Below are positions 26,401 through 36,235 of a stretch of DNA of 64,000 bases, one piece after another. The DNA comes from Octopus bimaculoides (lineage: Eukaryota). Location of the stretch: the NCBI RefSeq assembly GCF_001194135.2, contig NC_068981.1, forward strand, positions 87,626,952 to 87,690,951, read 5' to 3'. The notes beneath the pieces are model-generated. The model did no database searches. It was not told the origin of the DNA and saw nothing but the letters and a program-made list of their open reading frames with translations. The translations under genes were made by a program, and so were the position numbers. Every line of letters starts with the position of its first letter. Position 1 is the first letter of the stretch.

Positions 26401-29400
26401 GGAAGGACTGTTTCAACAAAGTCGCATATTGTCCTTGCCTCCGAAACACAGAGTAGATGAAACAGGGACAACTGGCAAAGGGGTATACTCTTTATGTTGC
26501 ATGTCTCGTTTCTTTGTTGTTCGAAAATGTTCGTTTTCTATGTTTTTGTTTTTATGTTTTCGTTTCTCATTATGTTTACGTTTTTTGATGTACTGTACCC
26601 ATATATGCATGTATGTATACATATAGATGTAGGTATGTACATATATGTATGGATATATGCATATATTTATATATTATTTATATTATTATATATGTATGTG
26701 TATATATATATATAAATGGTTACAATGATGAGTAGCTGCAGTGTATTTCATACATTTGCTTTTCACATTAGATTTAACCCAGCATTGTTTAACCCTTTAG
26801 CATTCAGATTATTCTGTTTATTGTAATGCATATTTATTCACATTGTTTTAAATTAATCATTTGTGGTTTCATAGCTTTAAGATTTTGATGATGTGATTGT
26901 GTTCTTTAGAATGACATTGTAGGGTACATGTAATAGGCCAGATCTGTCTAGTCTGAATGTAAAACATCTACAATATTTGGGCTGCATATGGCTGCTTAAA
27001 TTGCTAATGGGTTAAGGAATGTCACTAATTGGTAAACATTAGTATCTAGCATATGTTGGCCATCAGGATCACGTGTGTGCACCTCCCCCCCACACATATA
27101 TAAGCTAGTGTATCTACATGCATATATAGGTTATATAAGTTGATTCAGTTGAATATATTATTTCCTATATAAAGCACCTAGTTCATTGACTTTGTGCATT
27201 GTTGCTATTCGGAAACATTCACTGCAATAAAGCAACAGTAAACTCATTACAAATGTTATTGGTTCATCCTTGATTCAAATTGCAACAGGAACTATTTTTA
27301 TTACAGTTAAGACAGGGATGAGTTTTTAGGCTTTTCTTTTATCTCTTATTTCCTGATGTTATATATTAGTAATTTATTATTCTTTATAGCAGGTTGTTTT
27401 TTTTTAGGAATTCCTAATTACTTTCCTTCTTAGTAAATAAGTGAAAAATTTATCATATATTTATATAGATTACTCCCAGAAATTCAATTTTGTTTCAACC
27501 AATGTTAAATTGGGATAGCCTCAGAGGCTAAATTATTCAACTTTTCATATTGGTAATACCATCAAATGTTTGTAACCATACTAAGTTCAATGATATTTAA
27601 ATAAACATTCATTCTGTTACATTTATGAATTTGTTTTGCAAGATTCCTGATATGAAATTGTGTGTCGAAACAGATAATGTTATATTTCGGGATGGTCATA
27701 TTTTTCTTTTCTTGCCAAATAAACACACGCACTATATATTCATTCTTTACTTGTTTATCATTGTTCTTATTTTACATCCATTGTCTTGAAATCTTTTTTC
27801 ACACACCTGTAACCTCATTAGTCGCTTTCCATCCCTCATGTCTTCTTGAGGAGACATATGGGATGGAGAGTCTCTAAAGAGGTCTCTTGAGGAGACATGG
27901 GATGGAGAGTCGCTGAAGAGGTCACAGGTGTGTGATGAAAGATTTCCAGACAATGGACATAAAATAAGAACAATAATAAACAAGTGAAGAATGAATGTAT
28001 AGTGTGTGTGTGTTTATTTGGCAAGAAAAAAATGGTCATCCTAAAATATATATTTATGCAGTTTTTTTCCTTCTGTACTTTTTTTCAAACAAGGATTAGA
28101 CTAGCCTGTTTAATTACTATTTAACATATTGTTTTCACTCTGACTCCAAGGCAAAGTTATGATGAAAGGCATACTAGCCGTGGCCGTCCTGTCTTTTTGT
28201 ATATCTAGAACTGCATTTCGAAATGTGTCCTTTTTTTTTAAGATGGTTAGGTGTGATGTGAAGGAGATTCATTTATTATTTCTAGCAAGCCAAACAACAG
28301 TGTAGAGGTTCCTTCTTACTATAGGAAAGGATAGTTTATTCAGAGTATATTTAATTAAATTGAAGGTTTACTTTTCCTAATTATATGACCTAATGGTTAT
28401 GGTGTTGGACCCATATTGATTAGATCATCAGTTCCATTCTCAGACGTGGTGGCACATTGTGTCCTTGAGCAAGACACTTCATTTCATGTTGCTCCTGTAA
28501 ACTCAGTTGAAAATAAAGTACTAGCAGCATTTGGGCTTAACCCTGCAATGGACCAACATCCCATTCAGTAGGGTGTTTTATATTCTCAGCTTAAATACCT
28601 TGAAAATCAGCAGTAGTTCCAGCCCCATGAGCTAGTAAGCTGATGGTAGATAAAATTTTTTATCACATTTTCTACTACTAATTACTCTAATGGGGAATCA
28701 CACCAAACAGTTTATTTTGTTGTCTACATAATTTATAGCATTTGATAAAGCTTTATTTCTTGCACAAATTTCACTGGTATTTTCTTTTAAAATGTCTATT
28801 CATTATTTTTCTAATATGTGTATACTTGCATGACATCAACACTTATCATAACAATACAAAATACATATACATTTGAATTATTCAGGCAATATGCTGTTGG
28901 TTTTGAGATAATAGCAATCAGTGAAAATATTCCTAATGCCCCAGGAGCCTTCAAGCGGAAAACGTCTGGCGATTTTCGGTAAGTTTGTATTTTTCTATGT
29001 GTGTGTGTGAGACAGAGAGAGAGAGAGAGCACTTCATCAACATCATCATTTTAACATCTACATATCTGGCATCCATGCTGGTGACATGTAAAATGCACCA
29101 ATTACACTGTTGGAGTGGTTTGCATTAGGAAGGGCATCCAACTGTAGAAACCATGCCAAATTAAATTGGAATCTGGTGCAGCTCTCCAGCTTACCAGTTT
29201 CAGTTAAACTGTCTAACCCATGCCAGCATGGAAAGCAGACACTGAATGATGATGACGACAACGGCGGCGGTGGCAACAACGACGACGACTTTTCATGGGT
29301 TAATTGAAACCTGTTTGAGGCAGATTTCCTACAAATGGACGCACTTCCTGTTCCCAACCTTTTCTTGTTTCTCAAGTAAGGTATTATTTTATTCCACCAT

Positions 29401-30043
29401 TCATCACATAACAGCTGAATTACTGGGCCTTTGTTCACTGGTGAAAATCAACAGTGTCCCCATCATTTGCTTAGGTGGTGCTAATGATTATACATTCAAT
29501 TGATATGGTCTTTGATTATTAAATTCATTGTCATAAATTTGATCTTTAAATGAAATTGTTATAAATTTGGTATTTAATTATTAAAGACATGAAATTGTCA
29601 TAAATTTCATCTTGAACTCTATAGCATTCAGATTTACTCTGTAAAATGCAGTGCTTACTTATTCTCATTGTTTTGAATTAACCATGCAATCTTTTGTAGC
29701 TTTAAGATTTCAGTGATGTGACATTATAGGGCAGGCATCAAAGGCCAGATGTGATTGTTTATTTTATTTTCAGAATGACATTGTAGGGTAAATGTAAGAT
29801 CTGGCCAGTTTGAATATAAAACAGGTAGAATATTTGGGCCAGATAGGGTCTCTTTAAACACTAAAGAGTTAAAGTCTTCAAAATGCAAAATGGCAGATGT
29901 CACCAGCATCTAGGCTATGCTGTTAATGATGCAGCTGTGTTGGGCAGAGCACATTTTCAAAATGGAGTATCATTGCTTACCCAAGATTGTACAATATTGT
30001 GAGCATTATCATCATCATATATATATCAGCTTCAGAATCTAAG

Positions 30044-30093
<50 letters not shown>

Positions 30094-33000
30094 GTATGTA
30101 TGTATATGTATTGCAATCATAAACTAGGTTAACACATTCATAGATAGCATAATTTGTGTATATGTACTCTTGACCGCTCAGATTTAAATAGACAATATAT
30201 ATATTATGCACAACACAGTATAAATCAGATGAACAATTTCTAATAATGTAAACAAAAATTTCTTACACTGGTCTAAGACCACATTTCTGAAGAGGAGGGT
30301 TGTGGTCAACTTAATTGGTACATATTTTATGAACTCTTGAAGGATGAAAGATAAAGTCACCTGGCACAATTTGAACTTAAGACATAGAAATACAAAACTA
30401 AATATTGTAAGGTATTTATTCTACCACCCAACTTCCTCTGCCATTCCACCTCTTCTACCACACTACCAGCCTTACTACATCAACGTTATTTAGCTTAGAT
30501 TAATCTTGACTGATCAAAAGTATTCCAGCCCAAAATATCCCATCATTTTAGGATATCTAGGACATTATGCAGTATGGCATTCACTTTTTAAACATGCTAT
30601 TTGAGAGCTGTGTGGCTGCTATTTCTAGCAGATCAAGTGATTACAAGGTGGCTCCCTCACTGGTTCATAAAAAAATTGATAAATATATTCATGGAAACTT
30701 GTGAAATTTTTCTTAGATATTTTTGTTTTCCTTAACTCATCACCAGCTGTGTGTTTCAAATATTTTCATTTATCAACTACCATATCTTTCATTCATTTTA
30801 AACCTCTTTCTCCATGCTAGCATGTATTAAATGAGTACATATCATTAAGGTGTTGTTTTACAGCCAGATGCCCTTCCTGTCACTAACCCCCTCCCTTTTT
30901 TTTTTTTCCAAGTAAAGTACTTTTGTATTTCACACATCTTTGAAAGCATACAGCTTGCAGACAATCAGTTGACAGAGAATTGTGAAGAATGCTTTCAGTG
31001 TCCAGCTCAATCACTAGCATAGCTGGGGGAGCAGTTCACCCATGCTACTGTAGGCAATATGTGTTTTTTAGTGGGGTCCAGGGGCGGCACACACTCAAGC
31101 TATGCTAGTGGGCTTAGTGCTATTTTGATGTGCACACAGAATGTAAACATTCATACAAATACATGCACACACATAACAAACACTCACACACATGCATGCA
31201 TGCGCATGTGCAAGCATGGCTGTGTGGTTAAAGTTTTCTTCTCAACTATGTTGTTTTGGGTTCACCTCCACTGTGCAGCACCTTGGGCAAGTATTTTCTA
31301 CTACAGCCTTGAGTCAACTAAAGCTTTGTGAGTTGAGTGGGTAGATGAGAGCTGAAAGAAGCCCATTGTGTGTGTGTGTGTGTGTGCACGTGAATATGTG
31401 TCTAAGTGTTTATTTACATATTCTATGAATACTGCAAGCTACAAGTGGTGATACTGTTTGAATTTCTTCTCTGTGTGTATATATATATCATCATCATCAT
31501 CGTTTAGCATCTGTCTTCCATGCTAGCGTGGGTGGGACGGTTTCATAAGAGCCAGCCAGGCAGAGGCCTGCACCAGGCTACAATCTGATTTGGTAAGGTT
31601 TCTTCAGCTGGATGCCCTTCCTAACGCCAACCACTCCAAGAGTGTAGTTGGTGCTTTGGGAAAGTGTAGTGGGTGCTTTGGGAGAGTGTAGTGGGTGCTT
31701 TGGGAGAGTGTAGTGGGTGCTTTGGGAGAGTGTAGTGGGTGCTTTGGGAGAGTGTAGTGGGCGCTTTTTTATGTGCCACCAGCACAGCAGCCAGTCAGGT
31801 GGTACTGACATCAACCACACTCAAATGGTGCTTTTTACATGCCACCAGTACGGATGTTAGTTAGGCAGCACTGGCGTCTACCACACTTGAATGGTACTTT
31901 TTATGTGCCACCAGCATGGGTGCCAGTCAAGCGGCACTGGCATTGGTCATGCTCAAATGGTGCTTTTTACATGCCATTCAGCAGCACTGGCATCAGCCAC
32001 AACTACGATTTCACTTGGTTCAACAGGTTTTCACAAGCTTGGCTTATTGCCCGATGATTGAAGGGTACTTTTAAATGGGCCAGTTATATGACACTGGCAT
32101 CGGCCACAGCTACGATCTCACTTGGTTTGCTGGGTCTTCTCTGACACTTTGACATGGGTTTTGTTCAACAATTGCTTTCAATTGTTCATTGTCAAGACTG
32201 CATGACCGTCCTCTACCTTCTTCATTGTCAAGGCTCTCATCACCACTATGGAATTTCTGAAACCAACTTCGTACTGTGCAATCACTTGTGGACCCCTCTC
32301 CCCATACTCTTTTGATTGTGCTCAAGCTTGAACTCATGCAGAAAAGTAAGCGAAGGTCCTTTTTTGTCATGTTTGTAATTAAGAGCACCTATGCTTCATG
32401 AATGTTTTCAGTCTGAAATACGTAGAAAATTATTAAAAAGCATACATCAGTTATTAAGTATGTCAAAATTCACCTAAAATATAATTAAAATACTATGATA
32501 AAATTGCGTTTCAAAACAATACTTAGAGCAGCTATTATTTTCGGAACAACCTAATAATTTGATAATCAAACTACAAAACTTTTGTTTTACATTATTGTAG
32601 TGTACAATTGGGGGTGTGGATTGGCAGGGAGGATAGCTGATGGCTACAAGGTATGAAAGTACACTTAAATTCATTGGAAGTGATAACCCATTCCCACTTT
32701 GCTCTGAATATCACCTTATATATTTTTTTTTTGTATCTATTTTTTTCCATTTTGTTGAATTAAACCTCTTACCTGTTAGGTGATACAGCAAGGGGAAAAA
32801 AAGTGTTTTGTTTCCCATGCAGTAGTGGGAAAAGATTTTTGGTTTAATCACATTTATTCTCAGTGCTAAATTTAAACCTTTGTTTTTAGTTTTAATTAAA
32901 TCTTTTTCCTTTTTTTTATGTTTTGCTTATTTGTCCAAAGCACTGAATTATCTAGATATACAAGCTCTAGATATGCATTTTTCTAGGGTTTCACATTTTT

Positions 33001-35063
33001 TTGGCAAAGTGAAAGAAAGAGTTAAAAACAAAATATCAAAATATTATTAATATACATCAGAACTCAGAACTTCACTAAATATATATGGGATTGTCCAAAG
33101 GTGATGGGAAGAAGCCCAATGAACTTAATTTATGCCTTTCGATGAAAGATAGCTTTCATTTTATATGGAATGCCATTGTTAGCAATGTCATCATGCTCTA
33201 TCATATGTTCTAAATGCCACAAGATAGTTTTAAGCTACTGCAACCACAGCTAAGCAGACTAAGACATAGAAATAACAAAATCCGTTGGTAAATTACATTT
33301 TCAGTCTATATATATCAAAATATATCTGGATATAGTTGGACCTGCTGACAAGGAAGGAAGTTTTTGACTGTGTTAGCATCTTGTCTCATTGAAGTATTAG
33401 ATAATGCTCATATGGGTACTTGGTTATTCTGATACTTAAGCCTTGCACTTATCTGGTGTGTGGTTAAGAAGCTTACTTCCCAATTGCGTGGTCTTGGGTT
33501 CAGTCGCACTGCAAAGCACCTTGGGCAAGTGTCTTCTACTATAGTTTCAGGCCCACTGAAGCCTTGTGAGTGGATTTAGAAGAGGGAAACTGAAAACAGC
33601 TCATCATATACAACACACACATATATATAAAAATATGTGAGAAAGAAAATGAAATTCATGAGACTCTTTATTCACTACAATCATTTTGAACCATCATGCA
33701 ACAGTACTTACCACATTGTTGATGCCATTAGATAACCAAATACTGTGAACCAGCTTTAAACAGCATTCTGCAAGGTGTATACCCGAATGTAAAATTATTT
33801 CACACATACATGAAGATGAGGAGAAGGATGAAGAATGCCGTGTGAGTTTTAGGTGATGTGTACCAGAGGGAGGGATGCATGAGTCTTTATTTTGTGTATT
33901 TACTGATTTTTTTTCTTTATTACTTTTATAAATTGCATTCTTTTTTCATGATAAAAAAATATACTTATAAATTGAAAGATAGATACAAGAAATATACTTG
34001 TAGTGAAACTACCGTCCCTTACATACTATTAAAACTGAAGACTGGGAAAAAGCTAAACAGTACTTTCAGTTAAACAGAAACAAGGTCTTTGGAACTACAG
34101 CTGATAAAACAGATTGGGTGTCAAGCCTAATGAGTTTGTATCTCATTAACCATGTTGTTTCCATTATGTCACTTAGTTTGTTCCACTTAACTGTATTGTG
34201 AATACAAGAACCTATCATAAAAGAAAGAACTTTTTGTTTCTCTTTCACTTTATGACTTCTCGTTTTATATCCCTCCTTCTTGATCACTCTGTATACATTA
34301 TGCTGTGTCCAATTTTCTCTGTGGAAATAAGATATTGTTGTCTAACACATCTTAATCTGTCATCCTTATAAATTCTAATCATGTGATTTAAAGCCTTCAT
34401 CATCATCATCATCATTGTTTAACATTCGTTTTACATGCTGGCACAGATTGGACAGTTTGACAGGAGTTGGCCAGCTGGAGAGTTGCCCAAGCTCCATTTG
34501 TCTGTTTGGCTTGGCCCTACTTTGTGAGTGGATTTGGTAGACAGAAACTGAAAGAAGCCTGCTGTATGTGTGGGGGGGGGGCATATATGTGTATGTTTTT
34601 GTCTCTTCATCTTGACATTATGTGATTTGCTGTAAATGAGTTTCAGTGTCAAACAAGCAGTGTCATTCATTTTCAGTATTCTGTGATAGCATGTCTGGTC
34701 TAAGGGGAAATATTACCTTGCTTAGAATCAGGTGAGGGTTGGCAACAGGAAGGGCATCCAGCTGTAGAAAATCTACTTCAAATAAACTCCATCCAACCCA
34801 TGTAAACATGGGGAAGTGGTCATTAAATGAAAAATTATTACCAGTGTAATGTTTCTAAAACAAGCTACCACAAAAAAATATTACATTCACTTTTTTCTTT
34901 CTTTTTTTTTTCCTTCAGGCCTGGATATTGTGTACTGCAGCTGGACAACATCTCTGGTGGAATATATAACCTTATGCCGTGTACATTTCATCCAGAGAAA
35001 GAGGGACCATTCTTTTTAGAAGTTAGCAGTTCCTCTTCTATTTCAGTTGCAAAACTTCAGTGA
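650..35063 (+). CDS. CAPN7: Calpain-7 (PalBH-like, MIT-domain calpain), multi-exon, 5'-incomplete; join of 18 exons = 2300 nt
   Basis: Exons spliced by hand at AG/GT sites give one continuous frame with compatible phases. It contains [19 protein letters not shown] (MIT2), [14 protein letters not shown] (Cys), GLVPTHAY (His), LKNPW (Asn), [16 protein letters not shown] and a C-terminal [19 protein letters not shown]. These closely match the vertebrate calpain-7 sequence as I remember it. Confidence 0.97.
1959..2075 (+). CDS. CAPN7: CAPN7 exon, second MIT domain ([39 protein letters not shown])
   Basis: ttcttatag acceptor, GTAAGA donor, 117 nt. Confidence 0.95.
2377..2598 (+). mobile_element. 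piggyBac-like MITE, copy 1
   Basis: TTAA-CTCTTTAGCATT ... GTGCTAAGGGG-TTAA: TTAA flanks and CCC/GGG-type inverted ends. Body shared with four other copies. Confidence 0.75.
3621..3688 (+). CDS. CAPN7: CAPN7 exon, end of MIT2 ([23 protein letters not shown])
   Basis: ttgcag acceptor, GTATAG donor, 68 nt, ends phase 2. Confidence 0.93.
4841..5095 (+). CDS. CAPN7: CAPN7 exon, linker (AEILKG...VVPPLGFG...[10 protein letters not shown])
   Basis: ttgtacag acceptor, GTAATG donor, 255 nt; overlaps ORF 4833..5099. Confidence 0.93.
5752..6245. mobile_element. Two adjacent, oppositely oriented family-A SINE fragments (- at about 5752-5890, + at about 5898-6245)
   Basis: Minus-strand 3' part abuts a plus-strand 5'-truncated copy ending in GACTGAAAAAAGTAAAA. 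Confidence 0.7.
6811..7198 (-). mobile_element. tRNA-derived SINE family A, near full length
   Basis: Minus strand has a tRNA-like head (GGCTATGTGGTAAG...GGTTCAGTCCC), a CTTGGGCAAGTGTCTTCT body, an internal microsatellite and a GAAACAAGTAAAAGAG tail. Highly similar to 53299-53715. Confidence 0.85.
7247..7690 (+). mobile_element. Tandem pair of tRNA-derived SINE family B
   Basis: Two head-to-tail units of GTGAGCTGGCAGAAT-GTTAGCA...GAGTTCAAATTC...CCTTTCATC...AAGTACCAGTTGA...CCAAAATTTGAAA. Confidence 0.8.
7980..8066 (+). CDS. CAPN7: CAPN7 exon ([29 protein letters not shown])
   Basis: ttttcag acceptor, GTAAGT donor, 87 nt, phase 2/2. Confidence 0.95.
8783..8940 (+). mobile_element. Family-B SINE, 5'-truncated
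   Basis: GGGTTCAAAT B-box-like motif, family-B body and CCTTGTGCCAAAATTTGAAACCAATAT tail. Confidence 0.75.
9001..9310 (-). mobile_element. Family-C retroposon, (GAT)n-tailed. Other copies at about 3862-4060(-), 4350-4640(+), 10491-10550(+), 23067-23230(-), 29090-29260(+), 45805-46130(-), 47903-48250(-), 51411-51590(-), 62130-62340(+)
   Basis: Recurrent unit GGAGTGGTTGGCGTTAGGAAGGGCATCCAGCTGTAGAAA...AACCCATGCTAGCATGGAAAGCGGACGTTAAACGATGATGATG. The trinucleotide tail suggests RTE-type mobilisation (inference). Confidence 0.75.
9621..9747 (+). CDS. CAPN7: CAPN7 exon ([13 protein letters not shown]...[24 protein letters not shown])
   Basis: ccacag acceptor, GTTAGC donor, 127 nt. Confidence 0.96.
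10057..10142 (+). CDS. CAPN7: CAPN7 exon with catalytic Cys ([28 protein letters not shown])
   Basis: atacag acceptor, GTATGA donor, 86 nt; TGC Cys codon at 10072-10074. Confidence 0.97.
11075..11295 (-). mobile_element. Family-B SINE
   Basis: Reverse complement of the family-B unit. Confidence 0.8.
11503..11596 (+). CDS. CAPN7: CAPN7 exon ([31 protein letters not shown])
   Basis: ttttttcag acceptor, GTAGTA donor, 94 nt. Confidence 0.97.
11717..12116 (+). mobile_element. Family-A SINE, full length
   Basis: GGCACAGGCATGGATGTGTGGTAAG head through GACTGAAACAAGTAAAAG tail. Confidence 0.85.
13159..13637 (-). mobile_element. Family-A SINE with an internal insert of about 200 bp
   Basis: Tail at 13159 and head at about 13560-13637; unrelated or family-C-like sequence at about 13356-13550. 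Confidence 0.75.
13855..14001 (+). CDS. CAPN7: CAPN7 exon (VIIDDYLP...[24 protein letters not shown])
   Basis: tttttcag acceptor, GTAAGA donor, 147 nt. Confidence 0.97.
14045..14265 (-). mobile_element. Family-B SINE
   Basis: Reverse complement of the family-B unit. Confidence 0.8.
14461..14770. mobile_element. Probable solo LTR (TG...CA), CpG-rich
   Basis: Begins TGTAGTGGCG and ends GTGACACA; sharply GC/CpG-richer than its flanks. No convincing TSD, strand undetermined. Confidence 0.45.
15383..15772 (+). mobile_element. tRNA-derived SINE family D with 13-bp TSD
   Basis: A box TGGCCCAGTGG (15395-15405), B box GGTTTCGATTCC (15438-15449), (AAC)n tail; AATAGTTTTAAGT at 15370-15382 and 15773-15785. 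Confidence 0.92.
16104..16331 (+). CDS. CAPN7: CAPN7 exon with catalytic His ([14 protein letters not shown]...[17 protein letters not shown])
   Basis: atacag acceptor, GTAAGT donor, 228 nt; CAT His codon at 16296-16298. Confidence 0.97.
16541..16872 (+). mobile_element. tRNA-derived SINE family E. Also 52450-52885(-) with a duplicated 3' end, and partial copies at about 10340-10490 and 28390-28640
   Basis: TGGCTAAGTGGTTAG/GAGTTCAATTC head, AAGACACT...CAGTTCACTCAGCTGTAGAAATGAG body, GGAGGTCTTTA tail. Confidence 0.75.
16900..17277 (+). mobile_element. Family-D SINE with 12-bp TSD
   Basis: Near-identical to 15383-15772; ACCCTTAATTAG at 16888-16899 and 17278-17289. Confidence 0.92.
17409..17553 (+). 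CDS. CAPN7: CAPN7 exon with catalytic Asn ([22 protein letters not shown]...SFDN)
   Basis: ttctttgttcaaag acceptor, GTAAGG donor, 145 nt; AAC Asn codon at 17433-17435. Confidence 0.96.
18287..18493 (+). mobile_element. piggyBac-like MITE, copy 2
   Basis: TTAACCCTTTAGTATT ... AATACTAAAGGGTTAA, perfect 16-bp inverted ends including TTAA. Confidence 0.85.
18596..18825. mobile_element. Possible MITE with imperfect inverted ends
   Basis: GCCCAGGAAC..AGGAGGTGCAAA versus TTTGCACCTCCT..GTTCCTGAGCC. Confidence 0.45.
18920..19019 (+). CDS. CAPN7: CAPN7 exon ([33 protein letters not shown])
   Basis: tttttacag acceptor, GTTAAG donor, 100 nt. Confidence 0.96.
19279..19483. mobile_element. pogo/Tigger-like MITE
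   Basis: TA-CAGTAATCC ... GGATTACTG-TA inverted ends with TA flanks. Confidence 0.75.
20270..20402 (+). CDS. CAPN7: CAPN7 exon ([21 protein letters not shown]...[12 protein letters not shown])
   Basis: catttcag acceptor, GTCTTC donor, 133 nt. Confidence 0.95.
20590..20960. repeat. Unclassified dispersed repeat; second copy inverted at about 26278-26620
   Basis: Shared AAAAACAGGACAGTGA (20766-20781 on +, 26330-26345 on -) and ATCTACTC..TTTCG motifs. Confidence 0.55.
21145..21368. mobile_element. Tc1/pogo-type MITE with 63-bp TIRs
   Basis: 21145-21207 versus 21306-21368 are reverse-complementary with 3 mismatches; TA ends; extra inner 14-bp IR (21207-21220 / 21250-21263). Confidence 0.85.
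21761..21881. repeat. Short foldback hairpin (about 46-bp stem)
   Basis: GTCGCTAAAGTGACTGAGGGCACTAGT..ATTGCTCGAAATAAGAGTT versus AACTCTTATTTCTAGCAATACTAGTGCCCTCAGTCACTTTAGTGAC, with a 10-nt insertion on the left arm. Confidence 0.85.
22072..22147 (+). CDS. CAPN7: CAPN7 exon ([25 protein letters not shown])
   Basis: cttcttgttag acceptor, GTAAGT donor, 76 nt. Confidence 0.96.
23334..23628 (+). mobile_element. tRNA-head SINE-like element with inverted 5' duplication, (AAT)n and a hammerhead-like 3' module
   Basis: Inverted arms 23334-23397 / 23412-23490; B box GTTCGATTCC on the minus strand of the left arm; CTGATGA 23544-23550, stem GGCTG/CAGCC, GAAA 23572-23575. Confidence 0.75.
23539..23584 (+). 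ncRNA. Minimal type-I hammerhead ribozyme-like motif (probably inactivated copy)
   Basis: GACAC-CTGATGA-A-GGCTG(gagggtatat)CAGCC-GAAA-GGTT-GTGTT. Stem I (GACAC/GTGTT) and stem II pair. Position 15.2 is G instead of the usual C. Confidence 0.55.
23886..24097 (+). CDS. CAPN7: CAPN7 exon ([20 protein letters not shown]...YTLRVYSN...YGKR)
   Basis: tttcag acceptor, GTAAGT donor, 212 nt; overlaps ORF 23696..24169. Confidence 0.97.
24188..24585 (+). mobile_element. Tandem pair of family-B SINEs
   Basis: Two head-to-tail family-B units. Confidence 0.75.
25223..25362 (+). CDS. CAPN7: CAPN7 exon ([27 protein letters not shown]...LIELMGP)
   Basis: ccttgaccag acceptor, GTAAGT donor, 140 nt. Confidence 0.96.
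26789..27015 (+). mobile_element. piggyBac-like MITE, copy 3
   Basis: TTAACCCTTTAGCA ... TGCTAATGGGTTAA. Confidence 0.8.
27681..28050. mobile_element. 370-bp near-palindromic foldback/MITE (Tc1/mariner-type TA ends)
   Basis: Arms of about 165 bp pair almost to the centre; ends TATATTTCGGGATG / CATCCTAAAATATA; 41/39-bp tandem duplication at 27844-27923. Confidence 0.85.
28886..28978 (+). CDS. CAPN7: CAPN7 exon ([31 protein letters not shown])
   Basis: attcag acceptor, GTAAGT donor, 93 nt, phase 2/2. Confidence 0.95.
29613..29872 (+). mobile_element. piggyBac-like MITE, copy 4 (degenerate left end)
   Basis: Same body (tagaatgacattgtagggta...aacaggtagaatatttgggcc); right end CTAAAGAGTTAA. Confidence 0.7.
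31488..32155 (-). mobile_element. Long family-C copy containing a 22-bp minisatellite
   Basis: catcatcatcatcgtttagc... start; internal repeats of GGTGCTTTT-ATGTGCCACCAGCA. Confidence 0.75.
31641..31767. repeat. 22-bp minisatellite (AGTGTAGTGGGTGCTTTGGGAG), about 6 units
   Basis: Units start at 31641, 31663, 31685, 31707, 31729, 31751. Confidence 0.92.
32150..32400 (-). pseudogene. mariner transposase N-terminal (HTH) remnant
   Basis: ORF 32110..32388: [51 protein letters not shown]; truncated at the family-C copy. Confidence 0.85.
34919..35063 (+). CDS. CAPN7: CAPN7 last coding exon ([47 protein letters not shown])
   Basis: Long polypyrimidine tract with ccttcag acceptor; TGA at 35061-35063. 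Confidence 0.96.
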
Positions 35064-35100
35064 AAAACGATGCAATATCCAGGTATTTCTTAATTTACCA

Positions 35101-35106
35101 AATAAA
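35101..35106 (+). promoter_or_regulatory. Candidate polyadenylation signal AATAAA
   Basis: First AATAAA after the CAPN7 stop; the hexamer is common in this AT-rich DNA. Confidence 0.3.
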
Positions 35107-36019
35107 TATCAAATTAGGCTTCAGATTAGACCATACACTTGTGTTTCATAATTGTTTATTTATTATTTTTCATTCTGGAATGTACATAATAGAATCAGTA
35201 ATATTGAATATACAACACATTTTTTCTTAGAAATTGAAATAATTTCTTTCAATAGAAAGTTATGTTCATATTAGATTTTTTTAAATTCATATTTGAAAGG
35301 TGAAAAGAAAAATTTATTTTCTTTTATTCTACCTTTATGCAAATTACAGAACATCAATTCTATTTAGCAGCAAGTGTCTTCACTTATATGCTTCAGGCTG
35401 ACCAATTCCTTATGTGTAGAGTTGTTTCATGGGAACTGTATAGAAGCCTATTGTGTGTGTGTTTATATTTTGCTCAAACTATATCATTTTTTGCATGACA
35501 TAATTTGAACAAAAATAATTGATGTTATAAGGATAGAAGTATTGATTAATGAAAATAATAGGAAGTCACTGATTAAGGTTAAGATAATGGATGACCAACT
35601 CTAATATTAGCCGCAATTCGGATTGCTAAAGTTAATGGTTGAACACTAATACTTATGATTTCAATTAAAGGGAGGAAAGGAATTAAGAATGTGGGTGTTC
35701 TTTAAATCTCCCTTTTGCCCTGTGCTTTGTAAAGACAAGCAGAATAAAAGTCTCTTACTTGAAGAACAGAGCATCACCAAAACTTCTTGCTCTCATTTAT
35801 AAGATTCCTTGTATGACTGTCTCTATGACTTGTTTGATAATCTTTAACTAGTCAGTATTGAGCTACTTATTAGCAAGTAGTGAATGACTAGAAATACATG
35901 AAATTGTAACCACTGTTGGTTAAATTGTGGTATTTTCATTCAAAGGCCTCAGAATTCAATGGATCCTAAAAATATAGACATTATAATACTTGTGTTTAAA
36001 GTTAGATTTAAGTTAGGAT

Positions 36020-36235
36020 ATTGCTTTCAGGTTTTGGGCACAAGGCCAGCAAGTTCAGGGAATGGGTAGTCCATTATGGTGACATTAGTATTCAGCTGGT
36101 ACTTCTTTTATTGACTCTGAAAGGATGAAAGGCAAACTCAGCCTTGGTGGAATTTGAACTCAGAACCTAAAGACAGATGAAATAACGCAAAGCATTTTGC
36201 CTGGCATGCTAACAATTCTGCCAGCTTGGCACCTT
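36020..36235 (-). mobile_element. Family-B SINE
   Basis: Reverse complement of the family-B unit. Confidence 0.75.

Noticed and set aside
31641-31767. Regular repeats resembling a CRISPR array
   Set aside because: No unique spacers, embedded in a SINE, eukaryotic DNA
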